From assembly GCA_964016885.1 (NCBI GenBank), contig OZ024743.1, positions 30,442,001 to 30,506,000 on the forward strand: a stretch of DNA of 64,000 nt, written 5' to 3'. A program made the position numbers and the translations under genes. The stretch comes from Eledone cirrhosa (Eukaryota). The notes beneath the pieces were generated by a model. It saw nothing but the letters and a program-made list of their open reading frames with translations. It made no database searches and was not told the DNA's origin. This document shows positions 1 to 14,513 of this stretch, piece by piece (position 1 is the first letter of the stretch; each line of letters begins with the position of its first letter).

Positions 1-486
1 GAAGATCCATGACTCACCGGTGATGACTGTCCCTAGCAAGTTCTCCTCGGTTTCAAGACGCTCGACGATGTCCTGGCACATTTGCATGCGCGCGTGTTTA
101 TTTATATATATAAGAAGTGTAAGCCAGCAGGGTAAAATTGGATTCGTTTATTCACATTCGCTATTATATATATTTCAACGATAGGCATTATTCAACTGCT
201 ATGACCACATCAGACAGTAAGAATGTAAACAGAAAAAAAACAGGAAAACATGATGTTGTAATGGATTTTACCGTGTTATTTCATTGATATGCCCAGCCCT
301 GATCGTGTTGTTAGTCCTCAAAGGAACTGAAAACAATTATAGTAGCGAATGTGAATAAACGAAGCCAATTTACACTTCTTATTTCTACATTACTCCGGAG
401 TAAACAAACCACCCTGCGCACTTCGTTGAGTGCTCCTACCAGCATACTGAGGTGTCGGTAAACAACCAACCAACACATACTCAAAT

Positions 487-521
<35 letters not shown>

Positions 522-2786
522 ACACGGATACATAAATAGTGTCCTATTCCTGATATAAAGTGATTTTGCTTTAATACCTTTTATAATTAATGTCATGATT
601 TTGTATCTTTCTGTCAGATCATACCTTCACGATAAAGGCAGATCTCTTTCTTTCTCTGGTTAACAGTTTTTAATATTTCCGTTTCCCAGGATTAAGTTTC
701 ATTCTTATTAGTTTACATTCCCAATAACGCCCAACCCTATCCACGAACATTCTGCACCCAACAAGTTTCTAAATGCAGCATAGAGGCTATAATCAAATGT
801 TTCACTAGAAACCTCTAAATTTTCTCTCGATCCGGTCAAAAAAATTTTGTGTCCATCATCATACTTTAAGAAGTATCGGATAAAACGACAAAGCTCAGCC
901 TGTATGATATAATATATGACAAAATCAAATGTTTCCAAAATTTGGCATACGTAACACACTTTCCTATTGATATTTCTCTAGTGATATCTGATTTGATTTT
1001 ACATGGATTTCTCATACATGTAACGTAAAAGTGATAGTCACAGATATAGCATAAAGTTAAATAATCTATTATAAAAACGATGTTTGCGTTATGATATAGC
1101 CTGAAGGTAACCTAATATTGATGTATGTGAGATAATAATTTATCTAAAGTAATGGAACACATATGTTAGTCGCATTTAATAATCACTAAAATAACTTAAC
1201 GCCATGGTATGGATGATGTAATATTATTTTTAAAACATTATTACAACTGTACGTGCAAGATAGATTTATAAACATTGAGAAAACTGACGTGCTGTGTTAT
1301 TTATTGTAGCATGCTTACATTTAATTTTTATATAAATCATCGTTTTAATAGTGGTGATACAATGTCGCCTAAAATAGCATATCACTGCAGAGATCTCCAT
1401 CGATATAACGAACCAATCACAGAAAACTGCACGTGGTTTCTTCAGCATTTAGTTGTATCAGACACATATACCTGAAAATAAATATGTACTTGTAAATAAA
1501 TGAGATTGTGTTGGCTAACACTAAACCTCTTTTGTTCTATAAAGTCTAATAATTCAGTGATGACCTGGTGCTAAACAATAACAGCAAAAACAGTATGCTA
1601 TATAATTTAAACTAATATGAAATAATATAGCACTTTTTTTGAAATCACAGAAATAACATATCTTGCTGCAAAACCTATTACTTTGTCATATACAGGAACA
1701 TGATACACTAAACAAATCATCTAATATTTTTAGGCATAAATTTCGCTCATTTGGGCATAAATTTCCATCACATAATAATAATATGTGAAGAAATTCGTCG
1801 GAATCATCGTATACCATTTTCTAAGACAATGTACCCATATATTTTATTCAGCCTGCTATACATGGAATAAACTGGAAACATGAAAACTATATTATAAATT
1901 AAGATTTGTAAAACAACAGATTTAATATCAAGTTACTAGTGTTGCAAAAATTTATTTGTGGACAAAACTATTAAATTGTCTTGAAACATAGAAGAGCAGA
2001 CGCATTTTACTTTCCTGTAAAACGAATACCAATGCTGACTAGCCCCTAAACTTCGAACTGTTATGTTTATATACAGAAATATTACCAGACTTAGAAGAAC
2101 AACGTATTATACACTTATGAAAATTCTGCGGTTCAGTGGAAAAAAATATATTGTCAAATATGATAATAAACGGAAAGTGAATCTAACTGTCTATGGACAT
2201 TTTAAATTGAACTATATAACTATACCACTATGAAAATGAATAAATCGAAAAACATAATAGCAGATAAAATATGTTAATGAAATACAGTAAACGATGCAAT
2301 AAAGGGCATGAATATTTTCAAATTATATAACGAAGCCAAGAGACAGTCTAATACAGTATGGAGCCATTATTAAATATATCGGATTACTAGATGCAGCAGC
2401 TAAATAGCCCTCAGTGATAGATTACTATGTTTAACATAGAAATGACAATTAGTAATAGTGACCTAGACATTCGATGTTTGAAAGCAATGTTGAAATACTT
2501 GGTTTCTACTGAAATAAGTTAGATCATAAATCGTTCCGATCAAAGCTTTTGAAAATAAGCACCGGAAAGAAAAGATCAGTAAAAAGATAAATTTCAAATG
2601 AAACACTGACTAGATGACAGGAATGCGTATCCGTCGCTATAAATACGATACACAATCCAATACTTTGACTATGTCTTTTAAACAACCCGAATTCGAGGTT
2701 TCTCTCCATATATTTAGTGACTTTATCTCTTGCTTCAGACAAAATGTTATACATATCTAACTGCAAAGATCGTGTAGATTATTTTG

Positions 2787-2986
2787 NNNNNNNNNNNNNN
2801 NNNNNNNNNNNNNNNNNNNNNNNNNNNNNNNNNNNNNNNNNNNNNNNNNNNNNNNNNNNNNNNNNNNNNNNNNNNNNNNNNNNNNNNNNNNNNNNNNNNN
2901 NNNNNNNNNNNNNNNNNNNNNNNNNNNNNNNNNNNNNNNNNNNNNNNNNNNNNNNNNNNNNNNNNNNNNNNNNNNNNNNNNNNNNN
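2787..2986. other. Assembly gap (200 N)
   Basis: Run of exactly 200 N. Confidence 0.99.
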
Positions 2987-3570
2987 GAAAGTTTCAGTGG
3001 GGATGGTGAAGGTTGGAGTCGATTGTCAGCAGAGCTCAAAACACGATAACCCTAGTGCCACTGTTTAGAATATGCCAAAAAGGAAATTTAAAAGTAGGCT
3101 AGTTCACATCATGCGTAATTATAAAAATAAACGCATTTGGAGAGACATGACTGGTGACGTCAGAATGAGACGAATGTCTGTTTACGGGAAACAGCAGTCA
3201 AAAGAAATTCCGAAAAAACTCTACAAATGTAAAGAGTTCAGCAAAATAGCAATATTATCGCGTTTTTTTTTTTAAATACCGGGATTAGTCACAAATAATT
3301 TTAAGCACTCTAGAAAATTCAGAGTAAATATAAATGAAGGTAGAGAAATTATTGTGAGCATGAAGCCAACAGTATTTCATAATATATAAGTGACTATAAC
3401 GTCAAAATGGGGGAGAAATAGTTAATGTAAGATGTGGGAAAATAATTCAAACGTAATTTAAAATTAAGTCAAGACATAGATTTTTATAACACAGAATTTT
3501 GTGAAATCCAGGGAGAAAATCAATAAAGCCTTAATTCAGAATAAAATAAAGTTTAAATACTCATCCTTCA

Positions 3571-3572
<2 letters not shown>
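2987..3572 (-). repeat. Dispersed pLTR-like repeat, same family as 58045-58562
   Basis: 2990-3220 aligns by eye with 58338-58562, and 3330-3572 with 58045-58282. A degenerate HHR core (minus strand GCTCTG-CTGACAA) sits at ~3022-3036; the rest of the ribozyme would fall in the gap. Confidence 0.75.
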
Positions 3573-3604
<32 letters not shown>

Positions 3605-3645
3605 TGAAGGATGAGTATTTAAACTTATTTTATTCTGAGTTAAGG

Positions 3646-3650
<5 letters not shown>
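3524..3650. repeat. (TA)n-centred inverted repeat
   Basis: taaagccttaattcaga...catccttcaattt (TA)n aaattgaaggatg...ctgagttaaggcttta; arms of ~50 bp. Confidence 0.9.
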
Positions 3651-3711
<61 letters not shown>

Positions 3712-3715
<4 letters not shown>

Positions 3716-4035
3716 GTGCTACCTATGTAGTATTGGTTGCACCTGTCACATTCTATCTTATACACGACGTGCAACCAATACTACATAAGGTAGCACAGTT
3801 CGACCTTTGCACATCCGGATCAAGGAACACATTAAAACCAGTCTTTCGGATCAAGGAACACATTAAAACTCGTCTTTCCGGAAACACATAGACAAATGCG
3901 GAAACAAAGACGGAAGGCCCATTGTCACAATTCTAGCGACTGAAAGAAACGTCAGCACGCTACGTATTAAGGAAGCGCTTCTTATCAAACAACTGCAACC
4001 GCAAATAAACAACCGATCAGAGAGAAGTGAAATGA
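3712..4035 (+). mobile_element. 3' fragment of a Penelope/Poseidon-like PLE (GIY-YIG C-terminus), degenerate
   Basis: Translates to ..GSTVRPLHIRIKEH..TILATERNVSTLRIKEALLIKQLQPQINNRSE, homologous to the C-terminus of ORF 22872..23879. Contains a ~30-bp tandem duplication at ~3816-3880. Confidence 0.8.
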
Positions 4036-4202
4036 AATGGCTTGTTTAAGTTAACAAGCGATGCAACAACACACAACACACGCACACACACACACACGCA
4101 AACGAGACAACTACACACACACACACACGCACACACACACACAGTAGCATTCCACCATACGAACATACTACACTGCCAATACAGATGAACAAGGCAACAA
4201 CA

Positions 4203-4526
<324 letters not shown>

Positions 4527-4530
4527 CGTG

Positions 4531-4713
4531 TTGGCAGTATCGGTAGAGGGTCGGACGCCATGCTTTCACGTATAGAGATACGGCACTTGCCATTCTGATT
4601 TCAAATCCAGTCGAGGTTAACTTTGCCTTTCATCCTTACGGGGTCGATAAAATAAAGTACCAGCAATCCACTGGGTATTTGCTGCCCTTGTACCAAACGT
4701 AGAAACAATTATT
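4531..4713 (+). mobile_element. tRNA-derived SINE (octopod-type, Nin/Deu-like central domain)
   Basis: ttggcagtatcgg head, degenerate B box (ttcaaatcc), central gcctttcatccttacggggtcgataaaataaagtacc, and agaaacaattatt tail. Four more copies occur in the window. Confidence 0.8.
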
Positions 4714-5589
4714 ATGGCCACCGTCAACAACTTCTGCCACATCAACTGCTATTAATGGACCACTGCTTTCTCTGCCACCACTCTCACATCCTCCACCACG
4801 GTTGTCATCATCATCGTCACCATCACTGCTTTCTTCCCCCACATCACCTCTACAGTTATTCTGTAGTCAAAAGAAATTTTTTAAAAATCTATGGACCAGT
4901 ATGCCCCCCCCCCCAACTCTACAAACAACTGGAAACCCCCAAATATGCCGCTACTCACTACGTCAGAGGCTATGCACACGTAGCGACTGCATATTGATCC
5001 ATTTACTGGGTACTATGCGCACTAACACTGCCAACCAACACCAAAGCACACTGCACACATGCATAAGTCGGAGTCCCAAAATCTGCCGACATTCCCAACG
5101 TGAGAGGCAATATTAGCTGATTGACTGTCCCTTCGCTCATCTTCCTGGAGCACAATGCACGAACAGAAAAGGGGCTCCATGCCAACACATAAAGCAACCC
5201 CTGCTGCTGTAATGCTGCTCCAGTCTTCTCACAAAGACACGATTACAACAATTACAAAAACAAAAACAACAAAAGTAATGCTGCTCCAGTCTTTTCACAA
5301 AGACACGATTACAACAACAGCAAAAGTAATGCTCCTCCAGCCTTTTCACAAAGATACAATTACAACAAATACAACAACAACAACAAAATAGGGAACTGCA
5401 ACCATATCCAATGGTGTAACCACAAATCCAATCAAAAACTGCACCCTGAACAAGAATATTTTTCTTTTTTAGCCATAAACCTGGCAAAAGAGATACAAAA
5501 AACATTTTAGCCATCACGCAACACCATCCTTGCTATCACTAACGCACAATCTCCAAACAAGCCCCCTGCAACAGTCATAAGCAGCCACC

Positions 5590-8500
5590 ACAATAGCCTC
5601 AACATTCTTACTCAATACACAAGGTATCAGCCGATCCATCAATGCACATAAATGGAAGATCCAATTCATTAAGGATTGGGTTGGTAACCATCCATTTCAC
5701 ATCCCCTTCTTCATTCTTACTGGGACCCACCGTGACACCTCCCAATTGGAGGCCGAAGTAAGAGTGAGGAATTTCACAACCATCCATGCGGATTGTGGTG
5801 GCAGAAGGATGAGTGGAATTGCCATTTTCCTCCATGATTACTTTACAGCAGATTGTAACACAACATTCTCCAATGGTTAATGTGAATCAGTCACTGTGAA
5901 CAATAAAGCCAATGACCTGACATTAGTTGGGCTCTATAGGCCACCACAACACCCATAATCTGCTTCAAAGAATGCCTCAACAGTATTAAATGTTTTATTA
6001 AACAGTGCCATTCTAGCAACATACTTTTGATGGAAGACTTTAATCTACCCTGTGTCGATTGGTCTACAAGCAGTTTGAAACCAGGCACCCCAACCTCAAC
6101 CACTAACAAAGAAGCAGCCGAGTCACTTCTTGACTTCATGAATGAATTTTTCTTGTCCCAACTTGTCCTTGCCTCAACAAGGCATCAGAATAACATGCTG
6201 GATCTAGTGTTTAGTAACCACACTAACACTATACATAATATTACAGTGGAAAAAGCCCTTCTCTCAGACCATGACATGGTTCTTTGTAACCTGAGATTCC
6301 TCCAGCCGAAAGTTAATCCCAGGGACCTCTTTCCAGCCCACCTATTTGATAACATGGATCTCTACAATGCCAACTGGTATGCAATTATGAACAAACTATC
6401 ACATGTTGACTGGTCCTTTACACGCACACACATTTCCATCACCATCAAAACATCTTGGCAGATCTTTGTAGAAACTGTCACAAATATATGTATAAAACAC
6501 ACCCCACCAAAACCTGTGAAGAAAACTAAGTGCAGTATCCCCCAAAACAGAAAAAAACACTTATCAGAAAAATAAAAAGAACAAAAAAAAATCGACAGAC
6601 TAAAATACTCCCGACAGTAACACACATTCGATGGCTATCGCCCTGCTTGAATTAAAAAAAGTATAACCTCCAACAATGCATGACGACCATCATCAATAAC
6701 CAAAGAACAGCTGAAGAGAGGTGGGCCATTGAGAAAATCAAACTCAACCGCAAATTCTTATTTTCATTTGCTAAAACACACAAGGTCACCATCTCCACCT
6801 TTGATGAAAATGGCACACTCCAAGATAATGCCAAAACCATGGGTGAGATGCTGCAGAAACAATACTGCTCCATTTTCAGCAATCCTGATATGGCCGATCT
6901 GGTCTGTATCAGTGATGTTAATCCCCAATAGACTATATCAGACATAACGTTTGGCGACCCTGATGTCTTAGCGGCAATCAACGAAATTAAACACAATTCA
7001 GCAGTAGGCCCCGACATGTTCCCTGCTTCTGTAATGAAGGTTTGTCGACAGCAACTTGCATTCCTCTTGCTAATCTGTGGAGGAACTCACTGGATACTGG
7101 CTATATTCCTGAAAACTGTCAGCCCCAGTCCGTTGTCCTAGTATTCAAAAAGGGAAATGAGTCCCTTGCTGTGAACTACGGTCCGACCTCACACACCTCT
7201 CATATTATCAAGGTATTTGAGAGGGTGGTGAGACGACGAATAACCCACTTTCCTGAAAGCAACGGTCTGCTGAACTCCAACCAACATGTGTTCCGTAATG
7301 TAAAGGACTGCCTAACGCAGCTCCTGCATCACTTTGACGATGTTTTGAGAGCCTTGGCAGAGGGCTCCAGACTGATGTCATCTACCTTCATTTCAGCAAG
7401 GCAGGGTTGATCATAAGATTCTATTGAATAAAGTATCCAATATTGGTATCTCTGGAAGGTTATTACAGTGGATCAAATGTTTCCTGACAGACAGAACCCA
7501 ACATATTGCAGTCGAAGGAGTAAAATCAAGCCCTGCCAAAGTTACAGTGGCCTCCCACAAGGTACTGTGTTGGGCCCACCTCTTTTCATCATCTACATTA
7601 ATGACATTACTGACATCACCAAGCACAGCAACATAAGAATTTTCGCTCCAAAGGGTCATTGATGAGGTGGGTGACCGGACTGGCCTTCAGTCAGACCTAC
7701 TGGCTGATATACAATGGACAGAAACGAATAATAAGCTGTTAAATGGGGATAAGTTTGAATTAATCCACTTTGGAAAAAAGGATGCCCTGAAACTACCATA
7801 CTCTCTTCCTTCGGGTGAAATTCTAGTGGCATCCAATAACATCAGAGACGTGGGAGTATTTGTGGACAACAACATAAGCTGGGCCACTCATATAAACAGC
7901 AAAGTTGATATGGCCCGCAGAATGTGATCATGGATTCTCAGAACTTTTCAGTTGAGAGATATCCACACTGTTATCCTTATCTTCTCCTCTTTTGCCCGAC
8001 CCCACCTTGAATACTGTTGTCCAATGTGGTCTCCCTACACGAAACAAAGTATCATGAATGTTGAAGCACCCCAAAGGTCAATTACAAAAAAGATAGATGG
8101 CACGAAAGGCCTTGACTATTGGAGTCGATTAGAAAAGCTCAACCTTTATTCTCTCCAACGTTTCTGTGAGCGCTACTTTATCTGCATGATGTGGAAAATA
8201 TTCCATCAGATTGCCCAAATGATGTTGGCATCACCTTTAATGTACACCCAAGGCTTGGGCCCCCTGCTATCCGCTCACAACAAAAATCTCACTCGCATCT
8301 CATAAAAACAATACGGCACATTTATTTCACCTCAATTGGCCCTGCTCTTTTTAACATTACACCAAAACACATCAAAGTAGAAGCTGACCCCATCAAGTTC
8401 AAGAAGTCTTTGGATAAATTCCTTCAAGGAATTTCGGATAAGCCTACTACACCCGTATATGCCTCCGTAAACAATAACTCTCTGTATATATATATAACGC

Positions 8501-8801
8501 TTCACAAGTTCCACAGCGGTGGAGAAGTGGTAACGTGTGTAGACACGACCTGTCAAAAGCACATAGTTGTAAATGTACATGTGGTCTGGTCGTGTCTTAT
8601 CAGAACATCAGTGCAATGTTAACCAGAACAGCAACGTGTATCGGCGGAGTCTGTGATGCGTTAGCAGTCGTTTTGGGTACGCAATGCTCACCCAAACCAC
8701 ATGGGATAAGAATAGAAAAGGTGACTTAAACGAAGCCTGTTCAGTCATTAATTCTTCTAGCAGCCTGCAGTTGGTGGTGGTTCATAACAGCAGGTTCTCA
8801 A

Positions 8802-8802
<1 letters not shown>
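5590..8802 (+). mobile_element. Decayed CR1/L2-group LINE: APE endonuclease + RT + 3' UTR
   Basis: Frameshifted motifs: GLYRPP, MEDFN, LDLVFSN, LSDHDMV (APE); [23 protein letters not shown] (RT); RPHLEYCCPMWSPY (C-terminal). 4720-5590 may be the 5' portion and contains a 3x ~55-bp repeat at ~5205-5390. Confidence 0.88.
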
Positions 8803-8835
<33 letters not shown>

Positions 8836-8846
8836 ACACTCACACA

Positions 8847-8994
8847 TATATATACAGTATAGCTGTTTTAACGGCTATTCCAGAGATAAAATACTCATTT
8901 TTATATGTATATATATATATACATTGAAAATTGAGTAACTTTATCTCTAGAATAGCCGTTAAAACAGCTATACTGTATATATACGTACATACAT

Positions 8995-9044
<50 letters not shown>

Positions 9045-9192
9045 ATGTATGTACGTATGTATACAGTATAGCTGCTTTAACGGCTATTCTAGAGATAAAG
9101 TTACTCAATTTTCAATGTATATATATATATACATTTAAAAATGAGTATTTTATCTCTGGAATAGCCGTTAAAACAGCTATACTGTATATATA
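8847..9192. repeat. Nested palindrome (hairpin-(TA)n-hairpin)
   Basis: The unit cagtatagctg...actca-TA-tgagt...cagctatactg occurs twice, and the two units are inverted about the TA run at ~9001-9037. Confidence 0.9.
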
Positions 9193-9479
9193 CGATTCTC
9201 GCTGAATTATATTTATATATAAATATAATTCAGTGAGAATCGTATTTCGTCTGGTAGAAAAAGCGAAACGAAACGAAAAACGTAGAAATGCTGGCAAGGG
9301 CTAAATAGTTAAAAAAAAACTAGAGCTAAACAATAAGTTAAAACGCCATACAAACTGAAAAAGTGGTTAAGAAGGCATTAATCACCTAAGCCAAAAAACA
9401 AATCAAGCTAAACAGGTCAAACAAAATAAATGATAAAAACGATATATATTATAATTTGTATATATATTTATATATACAG

Positions 9480-12400
9480 GGGTGTTAGTGATGTTAGTTG
9501 CGTGTAGGGTGGGTGGTGTAAGTGGGTGCCTGTGTTCGTGTGCTTGGGGACAAGGGGTGTTAGTGAAGTTAGTTGCGGGGTGGTGGGATGGAGGTGTCGG
9601 GGTGAGGGTAAGGGTTAGTGGTGGTAGTAGGATGTGTGTTTAGTGTGAGCGCGTGTATATATGTGCCGGTGGGAGTGTGCGTGTGATAAGGAGGAGGGAG
9701 GAGAAGAAGGGAGGGAGGGATGTTAGTATGTTAGTTGGGGAAGGGTGGTCGGATGAGGAGTGGAGTGGAGGTGTTAGTATTGTTAGTTGTGGGGTGGGCG
9801 GTGAAAAGGAGGGGTGTGTTAGTGGTGTTAGTGGGGGGATATGTGTGTGTGGGGGGGACGAAGGTTAAAGGAATAAGAGTGGAGAGTTCAGGCCGGGGGG
9901 AGTGTGGGTCTGTAAGAGGAAGATGGTTCTTTGTTCGACTCTAAGGAGATTGGCGGGTGTACCGTGGCATTGGAGTAGGCCACAGAGTGTGAGATGGCGT
10001 GCGGAATGTCGAGGGGCACCAAAGTGGCGGGCGATGGGGGAACTACCACCGAGACGATTATCCCGGAGGTGCTCAGTGAATCGGTCCGCCAGGTGACGTC
10101 CCGTCTGTCCGACATAAGTCGTAGACTAGGTTGGAGGAGGTGCAGCGGAAGGCATGCCGGACAGAGAGAGAGTGGCCGTTGGGACCCTGGAAGGTGGTGG
10201 TGTTGGTGATGTGGGGACAGATGTTGCAGCGGGGCATAGAACAGGGAAAGGAACCGGGGGGGGGAGAAAGAGTGTGGGTTGGAGGGTAGGGAGCTGTGGA
10301 CGAGGAGGGTGCGGAGATTGCGTGCGCGCTTGAAGGAGGGAAGTGGTGGGGTTGGGGAGATGTGGGTGGTGGAGGGGTCAGACTGGAGGCGTCGGAAGAG
10401 GCGGCGGATAGTGCGGTGGAGGGGAAAGGTGGAGGGGTGGTATGTGATGGGGAAGTGGAGACGGTGGGTTGGTGTGCGGTGGCGTGGGGTGAGGGTGGTG
10501 GAGTGGTGGACAGTACGGGCGCGGGTGAGAGTGGTGTGGACAAGAGAGGGGGGGTAACCTCTGCGGATGAAATGGCTGACTAGGGAAAGGGCCTGGGACT
10601 CGAAGTCACCATCTCGGTTACAGAGGCGGCAGATCCGGAGGAGTTGGGAGTAGGGAATGGGGTGTTTAGTGTGGGAAGAGGTGAAGTCGAGGTAAGAGTG
10701 GGAGTCGGTGGGTTTGAAGAAGGCGGAGGTGACGAGGGAGTGGTGGGAGGGGTCGAAGGCGACGGAGATGTCTAAGAAGTGGACGTGGGTGGTGGAGATA
10801 GAGGTGGTGAAGTGGAGGGAGGGGTGGAAGGAATAGAAGGAGGAGAGAAAGGAGTCGAGCTGTTCTCGGGTGAGGGTCGTGGCTCCGATACAGTCGTCAA
10901 TGTAACGACCGTATAGTTCGGGCGTGGGGCCGGTGTACTGGGCAAAGATTTGGGCCTCAACATGGCCAACAAAAAGGTTGGCATAGTTCGGGCCCATTCT
11001 TGTACCCATGGCTACCCCCGTGATCTGTTGGTAAAACACACCCGAGAAGGAGAAACAATTGAGGGTGAGGACCAGCTCGGTGAGGCGAAGGAGGGTGGGG
11101 TGGAGGGAATAGGGGGAGGGGCGAAGGTTGAGGTAATGTTTGAGGGCGCGTAGGCCGTCGGCGTGGGGGATGACGGTATAGAGGGACTTGATGTCTAGGG
11201 TGAAGAGGAAGGGCTGTGGGCCGGGTGGGTAGGTGAAGGAGTCGAAAAGGCGCAGAACGTGGTTGGTGTCGGTGATGTGGGAGGGGAGGGTGGTGACAAG
11301 GGGGGCGAGGTTGGAGTCGAGAAAGGCGGAGATGCGTTCACTGGGGCAGTTGCAAGCGGAGACGATGGGGCGGCGGGGTTGTCGGGTTTGTGGGGTTTGG
11401 GGAGAAAGTAGATGGTGGGGGTGCGGGGGACGCGGACGATGAGGTGGGAAGCGGTGGAGGGGGGGGGGAGGACAAGGTCTTGGATGGTGGAGGAAACTTG
11501 TTGTTGGTAGAGGGGTGTGGGATCGGAGGGTAGAGGGCGGTAGAAGAGGGGGTTACAGAGCTGCCTGAGGGCTTCGGCCGTGTAGAGGTCCGCGCGCCAC
11601 ACCACCACGGCGCCTCCCTTGTTCGCCGGTTTGATGACGATGTCATCTCGGCTACGGAGGGAGCGGAGAGCGAGGAGTTCGCCCCGTGAGATATTGTACC
11701 GTTTAGAACGGTGGCGGAAGTCGAAACGATTTACTGCGCTACGGCTGGCATCGACGAACGCGTCCAGGGTGCTAAATTGCCCTGGGGCCGGCGTCCAAGA
11801 AGATGGTCGTCGGCCCAGGGCGAGAAACGGGTCTGGGGCGTCCGGAGCCGGTGGCGTTCGGCCGAAATGTGCCTGTAGCTTCGTGCGTCGCACGAATCGC
11901 TCGACTTCTGTTTGGGTGCGGAACTCGTCGCTGTGCGAAGTGTGGGGTATGAAGCGAAGGGCTCTACTAAGGAGTGAGCGCTCAGGTGCGGAGAGGGGGA
12001 GGTCAGGGGGTATGGTTACAACAAGTGGTGGGGTTTGGGTGTGTGGGGGGAAGGGGGATGTGGTGAGGGGTGATGTGGAGGGTGGAGATTGGGTAGGGCT
12101 GTGGGTCAAGGGAGGGGTGGAGAGTGGTGGGCGTATGGGGATGGGCGGGTGGTGGTGGATGGGGGTGGTTGGGATCAGTGAGTGTAGCTTGCGGGCTTTG
12201 GTGGAGCTGAGGAAGGAGAAGAGGCTGTGGTTGAGGTTTTGGATGAAAGAGAGGATGGCTTGGGCGAGGAGGGGGTGGCAGGTGGAGTTAAGGCGGAGGA
12301 GGGTGGGGGTCAGTTGGTGGTCAAGCTGGCGGAGGTTAGAAGGGGAGGCGCGGATTGAGTTGCGCATCAGGAGGCGTGAGGATCGGGTGAGGATACGGTG

Positions 12401-13310
12401 CGTGGAGGGGGAAGCGGCGGGTGAAGGGTGGAAGTGTAGACGGAAGCCGAGGGGGATAAGGTGGAGGTGGAGGCAGTGTCTGAAGAAATGGATGTGGCTG
12501 GAGTGCCGGGTTTTGGCGAAGAGAAGGTTCGGAGAGTTTTGGCGAAGAGAAGGTTCGGAGAGTTGAAGGCAGAGGGGAGATAGCAGGTCGGGAGGAGATG
12601 GGGGGGGGGGGGGTTGAGGCGATTATGTAGTTGGTGGAGAAAGGATCTCAGGCTGGGCATGGTGGGCGTTGGGTGAAAGCAGGGGGAGGGATGAGAAAGC
12701 AGGTGTGTGAAGCGGGGTGGAGTGAACGAAGGAGTGAGTGCGAAGATAGAGACGGGGAAGGGAAAATGAAACAGAAAAACGTAAGGAGGGGAGAGTATAC
12801 ACAGGAAAATTAAAGACAAAAAATCACAAAGGTAAAAACAGGCAATCGTGAACAAAAAATCATAGAAATAAAATTGTAAGAACACAGGCAAATAATCATA
12901 TACGGAAATAAACAAGTACAGTAACAAAATCAAACAAAGGTAATGCGTGGAAGGAAAGAACAAGTGTGGGAAGGTGTGTAAAGTTCGGAGAATGGTCACG
13001 GCGGATTAGATCGGGGTTGAGTCGATAGTTAAGTTATGTTCCAAAAGAATGGAAGCTGTGTGAGCGTGTATTATATATAATGGAAAATTTGAACAGGAAG
13101 AAAACAGAGAGGTAGTACAACGAATGTTTATTGATTTCACGCTCTGGAGAGTGAGGTGGTGGTGGGGAACGACGTTTCGGGCATAAGCCCTTCCTCAGGT
13201 GAGAAGTGTGTGGTAAGAGAGTTCAAAGGGTGTGTAGGTGAGTGGTGGAGAGACATATAGCGAAAAGGGGGTGGGAGGAAACGGTGCGAATGAAATTAAA
13301 AATAAAAATA
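9480..13310 (-). mobile_element. Near full-length, frameshifted GC-rich PLE (Neptune-like), RT + GIY-YIG
   Basis: ORFs 11195..12367 (IVIKPANKGGAVVVW, PTIYFLPKPHKP) and 9888..11039 (QITGVAMGTRMGPNYANLF, YGRYIDD, FLDI, KPTDSHSYL). Linker CSMPRCNICPH and FRCTSSNLVY in 10073..10543. Outer boundaries approximate. Confidence 0.88.
13163..13201 (-). ncRNA. Minimal hammerhead-like motif in the 5' pLTR of the Neptune-like PLE
   Basis: Minus strand: ac-CTGAGGA-a-gggc ttat gccc-GAAA-CG-TC-gt. Stem II is perfect and ACGT is palindromic, but stem I is only ~2 bp. Confidence 0.55.
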
Positions 13311-13368
13311 AATATATATATATGTATATATATGTGTGTGAGTGTGTGTGTATGTGTGTGTGTGTGTG

Positions 13369-13718
13369 TGTATTTGAGAAACTGCTGTTATGAACCACCA
13401 CCAACTGCAGGCTGCTAGAAGGATTGATGACTGAACAGGCTTCGTTTAAGTCACCTTTTCTATACTGATCCCATGTGGTTTGGGTGAGCATTGCGTACCC
13501 CAAAACGACTGCTAACGCATCACAGACCCCGCCGAAACACGTTGGTGTTCTGGTTAACATTGCAGTGATGTTCGGATAAGACTCGAGCTGACCACATGTA
13601 TATTTACAACTATGTGCTTTTGACAGGTCGTGTCTACACACGTTACCACTTCTCCACAGCTGTGGGACTTGTGAAGCAATACATATAGAGAGAGATTTAT
13701 TGTTTACGGAGGCATAAC
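13369..13718 (-). mobile_element. 5'-truncated copy of the 3' end of the CR1/L2-type LINE at 5590-8802
   Basis: Reverse complement of ~8455-8802, including the end of ORF2 (YASVNNxSL) and a CA-rich tail. Confidence 0.85.
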
Positions 13719-14076
13719 GAGAGAGAGATAGAGAGAGAGAGAGGTGAGTGAGATATGTATACCTTCCTTCATGTGTCTCTACATCGTTTCTCAGGTTCAT
13801 TTGTCTATACCTATAAGTTTCTAATATCGATAAGTATTGATATATCTACCTCTAGCATTTTCTCTAATCTTTCAAACTTTATTTTTATTATATTTCAGTC
13901 CCGATTATTATCCTTCTACCCATATTTGTAATATATTTCAAACACCTTTCTCGATAACACTTCTCTTTCTCTATCAATTTATATATTTACAGCGCATATA
14001 CATTCACAATTTTATATCCCCATGCCTGCTTAAACTATTTATGTAAAACAGTAACCATCCATCTTTATTCTTCTGT

Positions 14077-14475
<399 letters not shown>

Positions 14476-14513
14476 TGTGAGAAAAACCACAGACCCTCCA
14501 TCTTCTCAACTCA

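Noticed and set aside
8455-13718. Inverted repeats 8455-8802 / 13369-13718 as TIRs of a composite transposon around the Neptune-like PLE
   Set aside because: Both are 3' ends of the same LINE family, diverged from each other, with no target-site duplication seen.
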